A program made the translations under genes and the position numbers. The notes under the pieces were generated by a model. The model saw only the letters and a program-made list of their open reading frames with translations. It had not been told where the DNA came from and ran no database searches. Positions 44,843 through 54,914 of a DNA stretch of 64,000 nucleotides are shown here, in pieces (positions within the stretch are counted from its first letter, which is position 1; the number at the start of each line of letters is the position of its first letter). Source of the stretch: an uncultured Nitrospiraceae bacterium (lineage in GTDB: Bacteria; Nitrospirota; Thermodesulfovibrionia; Thermodesulfovibrionales; SM23-35); the NCBI GenBank assembly GCA_963727775.1, contig CAVSHB010000002.1:211599-275598 (forward strand). Direction: 5' to 3'.

Positions 44843-47010
44843 CGGATATCTCCTATTTTATTTATGTCAGAAGTCTGACTTAAGTCCCTGGGAACTCTTA
44901 AAGTAAACGCACTCCCATGCCCTTCCATGCTCTGAACCGAGACACTCCCTTGAAGAATATCAGTAGCAAGTTTTTTGGTAAGATATAGCCCCAGACCTGT
45001 ACCACCGGCTTTCACGCGTAAATGTGTATCCAGCCGCTCAAATGCCTCGAAAAGCTTCGGCATATCTTTTTCTGCAATTCCTATTCCCGTGTCAATAACA
45101 GAAATTTCCACATCAGCGTTCAGTTCACGAGCTGTAATAGTAATTCCGCCTTTTTCCGTAAACTTTACTCCGTTACTCAAAAAGTTAATGAGGCACTGCA
45201 GCAGCCTCTTCCTGTCTGTATTCAGCTTCACGTCCGCAGGTATGTCGACTGCCATAGTCAACCGTTTTTCCTTTAACTGTGGCTCTATGGTAGATAGTGC
45301 CTCATCAATAATATTTTTGAGTGAAACTTCCTCCGGAAATAAATCGAGTCTCCCGGCTTCAATTTTTGAAATGTCAATAACATCGGTGATTAAGGCAAGA
45401 AGATGTTTGGCTGACTGGTAGACCCTTGCAAGATTGTCCTTCTGCTCGTCGTTAAGTTCTCCGGATAATCCCTGCAGGGTCATGCCGGTGAACCCTATGA
45501 TGGAGTTCAACGGTGTGCGAAGCTCATGGGACATTGAGGCAATGAACATTGATTTGAGCCGGTCCAGTTCCTTTAACCTTTCATTAGCCGTTTCGAGTTG
45601 CTTCTTGGCCTCATTCACATCCTCCAGCAGTAACTGGAGGGCCTTCTGCGATCGCTCCAGTTCAATTGTCTTTGCCTCAAGGTCAGCCGTGCGTTCATTC
45701 ACAAGCTCTTCAAGATGAAGCCGGTACTTTTCCAACTCCGCCTCAGTCTGTTTCCGTTCTGTGATATCGGAACCAACGCTGAGGATTTCCAGTACCTTTC
45801 CCTCATTATCCTTTACTACTTTGTTAGTCCAGGAAATCCAGACTCTATCACCGTTACGTCGCATGTTTTCATTGATGTTTTTCTCAAAGTCTTCAGGGTG
45901 GGCACAAATTTCATCCATGAGAGGGCTCAGATCCCTGCCCGTGGTTTCTGATTCAGGAACAATAGTGCCGACTACATGACGGCCGAGAATTTCAGCTTCC
46001 GAGTAGCCGAAAAATTTCTGTCCAAATTCATTCAAGAAGGTGACTTCTCCCTCCCGGTTCCAACGAAGAATTATACTGTTGGCGTTCTGAACAAGCTCCC
46101 GATACTTCCGTTCGCTTTCCTGAAGCTTTTTCCCTGCCTGCTTACGGTCGGTGATATCTATAATGGAGGCAATACTCTTTTTTGTGCCCGGAATCATGGC
46201 AATGGTCAGGGATATTTGCTTGATATTGCCATACTTATCGATCAGCCTTAACTCATAATTCCCAGGAGCAGCTTCGGGATCGTTTCTCCTCAAGCTGTGA
46301 AAGTATTGCATCTTCCCGACATCCTCTTCCATAACGAATTCTGTCCACTTCATTTTTCCTTCAATTTCTTTTCGTGAATAACCGGATATCTTCTCTGCTT
46401 CTGCATTTGCCAGTGATATGGCGGTGTCCTCTTCGATTATGATCATGGCTGTCCCGGTATTTTCAAACACAGCCCTGTACTTTATTTCTGATTCGAGCAG
46501 ATTGTTCTCAACCTTTTTGTGCTTTGTGATATCTTCATACATCACAACAATGCCCTTTTCCAACATCCCTTTACCGATCACTGATGCGCTTATCCTGCAC
46601 AGTATTTCCTCACCATCCTTGCGCCTGCAGGGAAAATCCTCAGTATGGGTTCTCTGCTTCTCAAGCAATGGATAGAAGTGCCTGCCGATCTCCTCATAGT
46701 CTTTCTCGCTCCGATATAATAGCTGTGTTTTTTGCCCGATTATTTCATCGGGTTTCCAGCCGAACACTCTTTCAACCGCTTCATTTGCAAAGAATATTGT
46801 ACGATCTTTTAAACCGACAATTGCGTGAGGAATCGCACTGAGTATCGAGGACTGTAATTCTTGCAGTTGTTTGAGAGATGTCTTGAAAGAACGCGTATCT
46901 GTTGATGATTTGATAGGAACACTTTCATTGATAGAAAAAAGTTTTGTTTTGGGATACTCTTCTATAATTGACTTCTGACTTTTATTTGCTGTCTTTTGTC
47001 TTTTAATCAT
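44839..47010 (-). CDS. Multi-PAS sensor histidine kinase
   Basis: 723 aa. Three PAS-like blocks, a coiled-coil linker, the H-box FIASMSHELRTPLNSI, and an HATPase domain (NGVKFT, DTGIGI, GGTGLGL). Confidence 0.9.
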   Translation of the reverse strand: MIKRQKTANKSQKSIIEEYPKTKLFSINESVPIKSSTDTRSFKTSLKQLQELQSSILSAIPHAIVGLKDRTIFFANEAVERVFGWKPDEIIGQKTQLLYRSEKDYEEIGRHFYPLLEKQRTHTEDFPCRRKDGEEILCRISASVIGKGMLEKGIVVMYEDITKHKKVENNLLESEIKYRAVFENTGTAMIIIEEDTAISLANAEAEKISGYSRKEIEGKMKWTEFVMEEDVGKMQYFHSLRRNDPEAAPGNYELRLIDKYGNIKQISLTIAMIPGTKKSIASIIDITDRKQAGKKLQESERKYRELVQNANSIILRWNREGEVTFLNEFGQKFFGYSEAEILGRHVVGTIVPESETTGRDLSPLMDEICAHPEDFEKNINENMRRNGDRVWISWTNKVVKDNEGKVLEILSVGSDITERKQTEAELEKYRLHLEELVNERTADLEAKTIELERSQKALQLLLEDVNEAKKQLETANERLKELDRLKSMFIASMSHELRTPLNSIIGFTGMTLQGLSGELNDEQKDNLARVYQSAKHLLALITDVIDISKIEAGRLDLFPEEVSLKNIIDEALSTIEPQLKEKRLTMAVDIPADVKLNTDRKRLLQCLINFLSNGVKFTEKGGITITARELNADVEISVIDTGIGIAEKDMPKLFEAFERLDTHLRVKAGGTGLGLYLTKKLATDILQGSVSVQSMEGHGSAFTLRVPRDLSQTSDINKIGDIR

Positions 47011-47601
47011 TTAGAATGAACTGCTTTTTGACTTAATTTGGTCTTTCATCTAACGTTCCTGAATAAATTCACATGAGGTTGTTGAAAATAAACTTTCTAC
47101 AAGGCGAGATGTATGAAAACTTTTGTGCTGAAGCCATTATTGCCTCCATTTACAGCTGCAGAAGCATAGACCTGATTTTGATTATACCAGCTATAAAAAA
47201 TATTGCAACATCATGCATGTAATGTTCTCAGAATGGGATACAGCGCAAGTACATTATACAATCAGATTATCCCCTTTATGGCGTATTATCGGACACCTCC
47301 CATTGTTGCCTTTTCGTGCTTTACCCATTCCCAAATTATTTTTTTAAAGTTCTGCAATAACGATCCATATTGATTCCAGGGTCTGCACAATATTCCGGGA
47401 TGTTTAAAAATGAGAATTGTTGTTTGAAATGCTCGTCATTTGCCTTACCCTGAAACGCGACGTTGATTCGGAAATCTTTATATATCTATGACGACCAAAT
47501 GTACACAGTACTATGTGCTATACGTAACAAAATTGATTGATTCTTAGGACCACCAAGGGTCATGATCAAGCCTGCTTTTTCAAAAAGGAAGAGGAGGATC
47601 A

Positions 47602-48279
47602 ATGACCCAGGCAAGACCGATTGTCAGCAGACCACACAGCAGTGAAATCGAAGTAATAAGTTATCAGGATGTAGCAAGCTCTTATATTGATCGTATTCTT
47701 CAGAAGATTTCTGCAATGGAGTTTCCCGGCAAAGAGGCCTGCGAGAGCTACATGCGCCACAAGTGGAGAATGAATCACAAGCCAAGCACTCTTGAGAGCA
47801 GTCTCCACGCTGTGAGTTCCTTTCTCACTTTCTATGCCAGCATAGGGAAGAGCCAACTTCAAGATGTAGTCAGTGACGATCTTGAGAGATTTGTCGAACA
47901 CGAACAGGATCGAGGGCTGAAGGTCACGACGGTAAGGACAAGGCTTCATTGCCTCTTTGCTTTCCTGCGGTTTCTGATCGATCAGGATATCGTTGGCGAA
48001 CGTATACTCAAACGTAAGATCAAACTCAAAGTGCCTGATTTCCTGCCAAGAGCTATTGCACCGGGCGATGTAAGAAAGTTTCTTGGTGCTATTAAAGAGA
48101 TACGTGACCGTGCCCTGATACTCGTGCTCTTACGAACAGGCATGAGAATCGGCGAAGTTCTTCGCCTGAATGTAAGAGACTTGGATGTTAGGGAAAGAAA
48201 GATACACATTTATGAGGGGGAAAAGAACTGCCTTGGACGAGTGGTCTATCTCAGCGACGATGCTTTAATGGCCTTAAGG
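47602..48279 (+). pseudogene. Tyrosine recombinase 1, 5' part (226 codons), interrupted by IS21-family insertion
   Basis: SAM-like N-terminal domain and the start of the catalytic domain (ALILVLLRTGMRIGEVLRLNVRDLD...RVVYLSDDALMALR). Homology ends at 48279. Confidence 0.85.
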
Positions 48280-48444
48280 TGTGGGCGGCGGAGTAAAAGA
48301 ACTGGTAACGGAGGAACCGAAAGCGTCGCTGATGGAGCCAGCCTGAAGATTGCAGTTAGAATTAATGAGTAGACTGAAGAACCCACCTTAGAGACCCACC
48401 TTTACATACAATGATACCTACAACAAAGTAGTTGGAGGTAATCA

Positions 48445-48813
48445 TTGGTAAAGAGATGCATGCACTGTGGGCGGTATTTCACGCCTGATAAACGGATCGG
48501 AGCGAGGCAGAAAGTCTGTCAGCGAAAGCAATGCAAGCGGGCAAGAAAGAACCAGTCCCAGCAGCGGTGGCGCCAAAATAATCCTGAGTATTTCAATAAC
48601 CTGTATCTCGACTATGTCAAACCCTGGCGGCAGCGACGCAAAGAGCTACATGTGTCTCCCTTGCCGCGACAAATGATAAAAGACGAGATACCCCCTTCAA
48701 AGCCTTTACAGGAACTGGTTTTGCTGATACCGGGTGGCATTAAAGGGATGATAAAAGACGAGATACGACTGCGAAGGCTTGATAGTCATACGTTTGCGGC
48801 CTATGGGCCATGA
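48445..48813 (+). CDS. Extra ORF inside the IS21-family element (zinc-ribbon-like, basic)
   Basis: 122 aa. CMHCGRYF...VCQRKQCKRARKNQSQQRWRQNNPEY. Contains MIKDEI twice, encoded by 19-bp direct repeats. Confidence 0.45.
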   Translation: MVKRCMHCGRYFTPDKRIGARQKVCQRKQCKRARKNQSQQRWRQNNPEYFNNLYLDYVKPWRQRRKELHVSPLPRQMIKDEIPPSKPLQELVLLIPGGIKGMIKDEIRLRRLDSHTFAAYGP

Positions 48814-48888
48814 TAAAAGACGAAATGGACTCGTAATCGGCGCTGAGGTAAACTGGATCATCACATCAGGGAAGGAGATGATCCATCA

Positions 48889-50301
48889 ATGCAAGAATCG
48901 CTTCAAAACCGGGCGCGGCACCTATATCAGGTTGAAGGGTTGAGCCTGAATCAGGTAGCGACGAAGCTGGGCATATCGAGAAAAAAGGTTACCCGCCTCA
49001 TTCGGCAAGACGACACCAGGAGAAGATCCTCCGGTAACATCCTGGCGCCCTATGCGCGGTTAATTCAGCAGTGGTACACGGAATATCCGTTTCTGCAGGC
49101 CATACAGGTAATGGAGCGGCTGAAGGGCTACGGGTATGAGGGAGGGTATACGGCGGTGAAGGATTACACGCTCCCATTAAGAAAGAAGCGGAAGGGCAAC
49201 TCCTTCCATGCGCTGGAGTTTCTTCCAGGGGAAGAATCGCAGGTTGATTGGATGCAGAGGAGCATGCCTTTCGGGGTAGTCTACGGGTTCGGCTACATCC
49301 TGTCCTATTCGCGGTACCTTTACGCTCACTTCTATCTGAGGAGCTCTATGGAGTTTTTCCTGGACGGCCATATTGAGGCCTTCAAAGAAATAGGAGGTGT
49401 CGCCAACAGACATGCTTATGACAATCTCAAGTCCGTAGTCATAAAGAGAAAACCGGAGATAACTTACAATGCTCGTTTTTTGGACTTTGCACGGCACTAT
49501 AATTTCTCTATCCGTGCCTGCAATCCTGGCAAGCCTAATGAGAAAGGCAGGGTTGAGCGGGTCATCAGAGACATTGAAAGCTTCCTCGTCATCAATACCT
49601 TCGCCGATATCGACGATCTTAATAAAAGATTCGGCCTCTGGCGCATACAGAGAAATGCCAGGATTCACCGATCCACGGGAATGCCTCCTGTTGAGGCGTT
49701 AAAGCAGGAGAGACTCATAGCTCTCCCCCAAATCCATTACCTGCCTTACAGACAGGAGCCGGCATCCATCAACAAGACGTGCTTTGTGGAGTTCGACACC
49801 AACCGCTACTCAGTGCCATCCCAGTACGGAGATATGCCCTGCGACATCTTTGGGTATCCTCAGCACATAGAAATAGCGGTGCATGGCAGAAAGATAGCGA
49901 CGCACAAACGGGTATTCGACAGAAAACAAAAGATAGAACATCCTTCTCACCGCGAGAAACTTCTCAATATCACTCCCCACTATAAATACAAAAGGATGCA
50001 CCAGCTTCTGAAGTCCATGGACAAAAACATCGAACACTTCCTCAACCGCGCTGAACAAGAGGGACAGGATCCTCTTGAGGTTGCTTACGAACTGTTCAAA
50101 CTTCTTAAAGGCATAGCCAGGGAGACACTGATATCGGCGGTCAAGGCCGCCATAAGCATCGATACCTATAGAGTGACCTATATCCAGGGGCTTCTGGGTC
50201 CGGCGGGCAATCAGGACAATCCCGTGCATCCCCAGAACCCGGGGCTGTTACATATCTCATATGAAGGGAGGCAACTGAGCGATTATGATGAACTTATCTG
50301 A
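48889..50301 (+). CDS. istA: IS21-family transposase IstA
   Basis: 470 aa with an N-terminal HTH (LSLNQVATKLGISRKKV), a DDE core (QVDW...HAYDNLKS...KPNEKGRVER) and typical size. Confidence 0.9.
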   Translation: MQESLQNRARHLYQVEGLSLNQVATKLGISRKKVTRLIRQDDTRRRSSGNILAPYARLIQQWYTEYPFLQAIQVMERLKGYGYEGGYTAVKDYTLPLRKKRKGNSFHALEFLPGEESQVDWMQRSMPFGVVYGFGYILSYSRYLYAHFYLRSSMEFFLDGHIEAFKEIGGVANRHAYDNLKSVVIKRKPEITYNARFLDFARHYNFSIRACNPGKPNEKGRVERVIRDIESFLVINTFADIDDLNKRFGLWRIQRNARIHRSTGMPPVEALKQERLIALPQIHYLPYRQEPASINKTCFVEFDTNRYSVPSQYGDMPCDIFGYPQHIEIAVHGRKIATHKRVFDRKQKIEHPSHREKLLNITPHYKYKRMHQLLKSMDKNIEHFLNRAEQEGQDPLEVAYELFKLLKGIARETLISAVKAAISIDTYRVTYIQGLLGPAGNQDNPVHPQNPGLLHISYEGRQLSDYDELI

Positions 50302-50962
50302 GCTGTGGAGGCACTTCAGGCTCCTTGCGGATCTTGAAGCTCTTTCAAAAGAACAAAAGGAGTTTATGTTGAAGTTCCTCACCGAGGAGTATCATCGAAA
50401 GGAGTTAAAAAGGATCCAGTACCTCATGAACATGTCCGGCATCAAGAGAACAAAGATCCTCGATGACTTCGACTGGAAATATAATCCAAAGATACCAAGG
50501 GACAAGATCATAGAATACATGAACACCCAGTGGCTTAAGAAACCCAGCAACCTTGTGCTCATAGGCCCGGCCGGTGTCGGTAAAACCCATGTCGCAACCG
50601 CACTGTGCCATGATGCCCTTACCAAAGGCTGTCAGACGGTCTTTCTTACCTTGTTTGACCTCACCGCCAAAATGGCGAAGGCCAAGAGCATCTACAGCTT
50701 CATCGAATACCACGCGCGGGCAGCCGTTTGGTGTCTGGATGAGATCGGCTATGTGATCCCGAGCAAAGAACAGGCAGACTGCATCTTCCAGATAATCTCA
50801 AAAAGGGCGGAAGTGGGCACGACCATCGTCACCACCAACCTTGTACCGTCAAACTGGGGGAAGGTGTTTGATACCGTGACTGCATCGGCGATTCTTGATC
50901 GGCTCAGCATGAACGGAAAGTTCATCACCTTCGAAGGAAGGTCCTATAGAAATAGGCAGTAA
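50285..50962 (+). CDS. istB: IS21-family helper ATPase IstB
   Basis: 225 aa. Walker A GPAGVGKTH and Walker B VWCLDEIGY. Overlaps the istA stop. Confidence 0.9.
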   Translation: MMNLSELWRHFRLLADLEALSKEQKEFMLKFLTEEYHRKELKRIQYLMNMSGIKRTKILDDFDWKYNPKIPRDKIIEYMNTQWLKKPSNLVLIGPAGVGKTHVATALCHDALTKGCQTVFLTLFDLTAKMAKAKSIYSFIEYHARAAVWCLDEIGYVIPSKEQADCIFQIISKRAEVGTTIVTTNLVPSNWGKVFDTVTASAILDRLSMNGKFITFEGRSYRNRQ

Positions 50963-51123
50963 GCTGGGTAGAATAATAACGAAAGTTCCGAATCAGGGTT
51001 ACAACTGATTAGAGATAACTCGCCTCGGCGCAGGGCGTTCCACGCTGGATTGCGCCCTGACCAGCTACAGCAGGCATCCGCCGCCGCCATATTCGGTTCC
51101 TTTCGAGCGGCGCCCACATAAGG

Positions 51124-51459
51124 CTCTGGCTTAGAAAAAGAAAACATCAAAGCGAGTATCTATTCCCCGGTCTACAGCATAGACATTTAGGGTACACTCA
51201 AGCCCGCAATATTTTTGTGAAGTATATATGTGCTGCAGGGCTGCAGCATAAAGGTTACACGATCCACAGCATGAGACATACCTTTGCGAGTGAACTGCTG
51301 AACGCGGGCATGCGCCTGGAATGTCTCCAGCTCTTGTTGGGCCATCGCGATATAGAGATGACCCGGCGGTATGCTCGCCTTACCGATAAAAGCCGGGAGG
51401 AGGAGTACTTCCGTGCCATGGCGATTATCGAGCAAGGAGGCATTGATGGAGCCTACTGA
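51124..51459 (+). pseudogene. Tyrosine recombinase 1, 3' part
   Basis: In frame with 47602-48279 after removal of the IS and one TAAGG. LWLRKRKHQSEYLFPG...GYTIHSMRHTFASELLNAGMRLECLQLLLGHRDIEMTRRYARL contains HxxR, H and the catalytic Y. Confidence 0.85.
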
Positions 51460-52378
51460 GCTGATTGCGAGATACCGGAGATTTCTGAAGCGGAGGAACT
51501 ATTCGGTGCACACCGTGAAAAACTACGTCAATATCCTTGGTCATTTCAGTGCCTGGCTGCGGATTCCTATAGAGCGGGCAACGTCTAAAGAAACGGACGC
51601 CTATATGGACCATCTCTTGAGAAGGAGGAAGAAACCAAAGACCATCAATTGTCATTTCGGCTGCATCCATACCTTTTATGATTATCTTATAGAAGAGGAG
51701 AGAATGCCTATTGCCAACCCCGTCAAAAAGAAATACAGGCTTCGGTTACCGCGGCCGCTGCCCAAACATCTCAGAGACCAGCAGGTTGCAGCACTCTTCA
51801 ACGAAATCAGCGATACCAGAGATCGGGCCATGTTCATGCTAATGCTCAGATGCGGTCTGCGGGTTGAAGAGGTTGCGCGACTGACAGCAGATGCGATAGA
51901 GTATCGCAGCAGACAGCTTTATGTCTTCAATGGGAAAGGCAGCAAGGACAGAGTTGTCTATCTCAGCGATGACGCTCTGAGTACCTTAAAAACTTATATG
52001 GATAAACGTAGATGGTCGAAGGAGAAAAGGTTGTTCTTAGTGCAAAAGGGGCCGCTTAGGGGGAAGCCGATATCAGTTCGCGGCATTCAAAAGAGGATCG
52101 AACACTATGCACAGAGAGCGGGGATAGCGGTATCCTGTCATCACTTGAGGCACACTATGGCAACACAGTTATTGAATGCAGATGCCGATCTCGTTACCAT
52201 ACAGGATTTACTGGGCCACAGCCGGATCACTACAACGCAGTGCTATTGTAGAGTCTCCAATCTCAAAGTGCAGCGGGACTACTATAAAGCCATTAACGTT
52301 GTACTGCAAAGGACACAGCCAATAAGAGATGATAGCTTTGAGTGGGACAAAAAAGGGATAATAGACAACAGCATATAA
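51446..52378 (+). CDS. Tyrosine recombinase 2 (XerC/D-like), intact
   Basis: 310 aa from the ATG after AAGGAGG. It overlaps the recombinase-1 stop by 14 nt. YSVHTVKNYVNILGHF..., RDRAMFMLMLRCGLRVEEVARL, HHLRHTMATQLL, LLGHSRITTTQCYCRV. Confidence 0.88.
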   Translation: MEPTELIARYRRFLKRRNYSVHTVKNYVNILGHFSAWLRIPIERATSKETDAYMDHLLRRRKKPKTINCHFGCIHTFYDYLIEEERMPIANPVKKKYRLRLPRPLPKHLRDQQVAALFNEISDTRDRAMFMLMLRCGLRVEEVARLTADAIEYRSRQLYVFNGKGSKDRVVYLSDDALSTLKTYMDKRRWSKEKRLFLVQKGPLRGKPISVRGIQKRIEHYAQRAGIAVSCHHLRHTMATQLLNADADLVTIQDLLGHSRITTTQCYCRVSNLKVQRDYYKAINVVLQRTQPIRDDSFEWDKKGIIDNSI

Positions 52379-52443
52379 CCAACTGAAACTAAAAGAAAAA
52401 GTAGGTTTTGTTACGTATAGCAGGAAGTAATTGAGAGAGATTA

Positions 52444-52701
52444 CTAATCCATTTTCCAGGCTACATATAGAAAGACAGCGAAACAAATTGCCGATATAAT
52501 CAAGCCCGTGCATGAAAGACCTAATGACGCATTATTCCAAATAAAAGACGTTACTGAAAGAACTAAACCAGTGCCCGTACCTAATGAACAGATAAAACAA
52601 AGGATTAATTTTGAATCCTGAGCAAAACTGCGTTTTATAACCTCTAAGAACCCTTTTTTGAGAGATGAGATATATCCCAATATATAGGCTTCATCAATCA
52701 C
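52444..52701 (-). CDS. Small hypothetical membrane protein
   Basis: 85 aa with two hydrophobic segments. Its start overlaps the stop of 52701-52943. Confidence 0.4.
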   Translation of the reverse strand: MIDEAYILGYISSLKKGFLEVIKRSFAQDSKLILCFICSLGTGTGLVLSVTSFIWNNASLGLSCTGLIISAICFAVFLYVAWKMD

Positions 52702-52943
52702 TATTTTCTCAATTTCTTAGCAATATATACTCGGAGTTTGCACTGACAAAAAAAGATACCGCCAAAATGGAGAGAGAATTTACATTGCAATGGGTCCGCT
52801 ATTAGGCAAGCGACAAACGATTCTAACCCAACATCTCTTGCTTTACAGAGATTCTTCAGACCGGATGTATAACATGAAAATTCTTTTGGGCATTTCAGTC
52901 CGTCAATCATTTCCTCTATATGTTCTTGAATAGCCTTTTCCAT
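52701..52943 (-). CDS. Small Cys-rich hypothetical protein
   Basis: 80 aa with seven Cys (CPKEFSC, LCKA, VACL, QCKF, FFCQC). Promoter-like module A lies upstream. Confidence 0.4.
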   Translation of the reverse strand: MEKAIQEHIEEMIDGLKCPKEFSCYTSGLKNLCKARDVGLESFVACLIADPLQCKFSLHFGGIFFCQCKLRVYIAKKLRK

Positions 52944-53120
52944 GATTTACTTTATCAAAGTGGTGACGATAAAGATGTCAGCGGTGGGCTATTTTTTGTG
53001 TAGGACTTTCAGATTTTTTTTGTGGGCATTGTCCTACATCAAGCAATATATGAAAAAGCACTGATTCCAGAGCATATGTGGTGAACTGCCCCACACATGT
53101 TGAGCGCTAACGATTACCGG

Positions 53121-53184
53121 TTGTACAGCACAGAATTATTACATTTCTTAAAGGTGCGGCTTTCAGGAAGGAAGCTTGCGCATG
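53121..53184 (-). promoter_or_regulatory. Promoter-like repeat module, copy A (upstream of 52701-52943)
   Basis: Minus-strand reading: GCGCAAGCTTCCTTCCTGAAAGCCGCACCTTTAAGAAATGTAATAATTCTGTGCTGTACAA. Confidence 0.5.
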
Positions 53185-53225
53185 GGCTCTCCTTGCCCCA
53201 TGTCAACGGGTACCCCCTCGTCACT

Positions 53226-54876
53226 CTTTATCCTAAAAAAAGCAGTTAGAGATCATGCCACACCAGTTTGAGGGAGCAATTTCCCTGAATTTATGTTCAA
53301 AGGGCCGATGATTTTTCTAAAAGCATGCATTGCTACAATCCTCATCCGCTCAGCGATATTCAACTGCTCCGCAGTGGTCCTAATATCCCCGAGGAACAGT
53401 GATAGTCGTAACAATGCTCCCCGCACCTTTTCAGCCTTTGCATGAGGACTGGTAATAGTCAGAAAAGTCTGTCCCCCATGTTTTGTCTGTTTCGCAACTG
53501 CGTGTAACAGCAACGGTCTGCTCGTTATTGCCTCATGATGTTTATTTGGATTGGCCAGGCGCACAAACAGCGACCACCAGTTATATACAAGAGCTACCAT
53601 GCGACTAATCATGCGGCATCGCTTCAAATCCTTTGTCGTATATCCGCCCCAGCCCCACTGATTCTTTAACTCGTCAAAGATATTTTCACTGTCTGCACGA
53701 TCCCGGTAATGCTGTGCAATACTTGATACCTCATCAGAAAGAGAAGTCACCAGCACCGTGTACTCATACTTAGCCACTCCCCCTTGTGTCTCGATGAAAC
53801 TCATCTCCATTTGATCTTTCCCTTTTTTCTGCAAAAGAATATCCCCAGGTATAGGTCGGCGCAGCACGATCACCCGGCGACTACGGCTCCACCCAAATAA
53901 CTTCAGCTCTGACTCCATTCCATAGTATCCGGCACCGGCTTTTACCCATTCTTCCATCTCAAACATTCTCTCGATCAATCTTTTTACATTCTTCGTAATC
54001 CTCAGCTTTGTGACATAATGTATACTACGTTTTTCTGCCTCTGATAACACTCCCTCTACTCCAAACGCTATATCTCCACGGATGAAGGCCGGCCGATTAT
54101 CCCGGGGAATACTCTCTACCAATTCCCATAATCCAGCCGTGCTGTGACTCGATGCGGTCTCATTGCCCGCCTTCACTTCTACCTTTAACGCTAATCGTGT
54201 GTTTGCCATAAAATAACTGTGGTAACTGTGTGAGGGCCGCCCAGGTTTCTTAGGATTATATCCCACAACTGCCCCCTCTTGTTTGCCATACAGACACTTT
54301 ACCGTCGTGTCCGTATCAAGTATCCAGGAGGGGCCTGATACTGCCGATAATACAGGCATCGTGCAGCGTGCAAGCTCTGATTCAAGCCATTGTATCCCAG
54401 TCCCTTCTTCTATCTGCAATAAGGCCCGACGCGCCGCATCTTCACTGATTATCTTATCCATCCCCAATAACTCGGGATTCACTCCATCACTTCGTATCGC
54501 TGCGATATGTGCATATCGCTTATGTCCCGCAAGTATCGAAAGCATGAGAGTGCCTAACACGTTTCTCTTCTTCGGCGCATTCGGGCTGCTATAGGAGAGG
54601 GGACACTCTTTTACAAAGGAATCAAACAACCCGCTGACTTTCAGAAATTCTATGAAAAATGGCAACTGCCCCAATGGGGTAACAGCTGCATCAGGGTCCC
54701 ATTCTACGTGTATCTTCCCCGCATATGTATCAATTCCTACTGAGTTGCTCCTTGCTATCGCACGCCGTTTTGCCTCACCCATTAGGTGAACCCTCCTGCC
54801 ACTCTTTTTCCGTTTATTATTGCATGCTTCGCCCCTTATGTGTATCCCGTACCGCTTTTTTTAGGTTTATAGACCT
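53226..54876 (-). mobile_element. IS1380-like (IS4 superfamily) element, ends approximate
   Basis: Inverted matches TCTTTATCCTAAAAAAAGCAGT (left) versus the reverse complement of the right end TCTATAAACCTAAAAAAAGCGGT. Encloses a 509-aa transposase gene. Confidence 0.55.
53253..54782 (-). CDS. DDE transposase distantly related to the IS1380-family copies
   Basis: 509 aa. DTDTTVKCLYGKQEGAVVGYNPKKPGRPSHSYHSYF parallels FDSTVLERYGKQEGVKRGYNPKKKGRGSHSPLL of the other two transposases. Confidence 0.75.
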   Translation of the reverse strand: MGEAKRRAIARSNSVGIDTYAGKIHVEWDPDAAVTPLGQLPFFIEFLKVSGLFDSFVKECPLSYSSPNAPKKRNVLGTLMLSILAGHKRYAHIAAIRSDGVNPELLGMDKIISEDAARRALLQIEEGTGIQWLESELARCTMPVLSAVSGPSWILDTDTTVKCLYGKQEGAVVGYNPKKPGRPSHSYHSYFMANTRLALKVEVKAGNETASSHSTAGLWELVESIPRDNRPAFIRGDIAFGVEGVLSEAEKRSIHYVTKLRITKNVKRLIERMFEMEEWVKAGAGYYGMESELKLFGWSRSRRVIVLRRPIPGDILLQKKGKDQMEMSFIETQGGVAKYEYTVLVTSLSDEVSSIAQHYRDRADSENIFDELKNQWGWGGYTTKDLKRCRMISRMVALVYNWWSLFVRLANPNKHHEAITSRPLLLHAVAKQTKHGGQTFLTITSPHAKAEKVRGALLRLSLFLGDIRTTAEQLNIAERMRIVAMHAFRKIIGPLNINSGKLLPQTGVA

Positions 54877-54914
54877 TACTCCATATTCCGGTTGGTATCA
54901 CATACATACGGCAC

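Larger units (their letters stand above)
48280..51118 (+). mobile_element. IS21-family insertion sequence (2839 bp)
   Basis: Ends are TGTGGGCGGCGG... and ...CGGCGCCCACA (inverted, beginning with TG/CA). A 5-bp direct repeat TAAGG lies at 48275-48279 and 51119-51123. Excision restores ...ALMALR-LWLRKRKHQSEYLFPG... in frame. Confidence 0.88.

Noticed and set aside
47240-47262. A GTACATTATACAATCA string upstream of the histidine kinase operon, considered as an eighth copy of the 53-61 kb promoter module.
   Set aside because: It shares only the generic extended -10 (TGTATAAT on the minus strand) and a GTAC. It lacks the CTTCCTTCCTGAA box and the AACCTGA context, so I treat it as an ordinary promoter.
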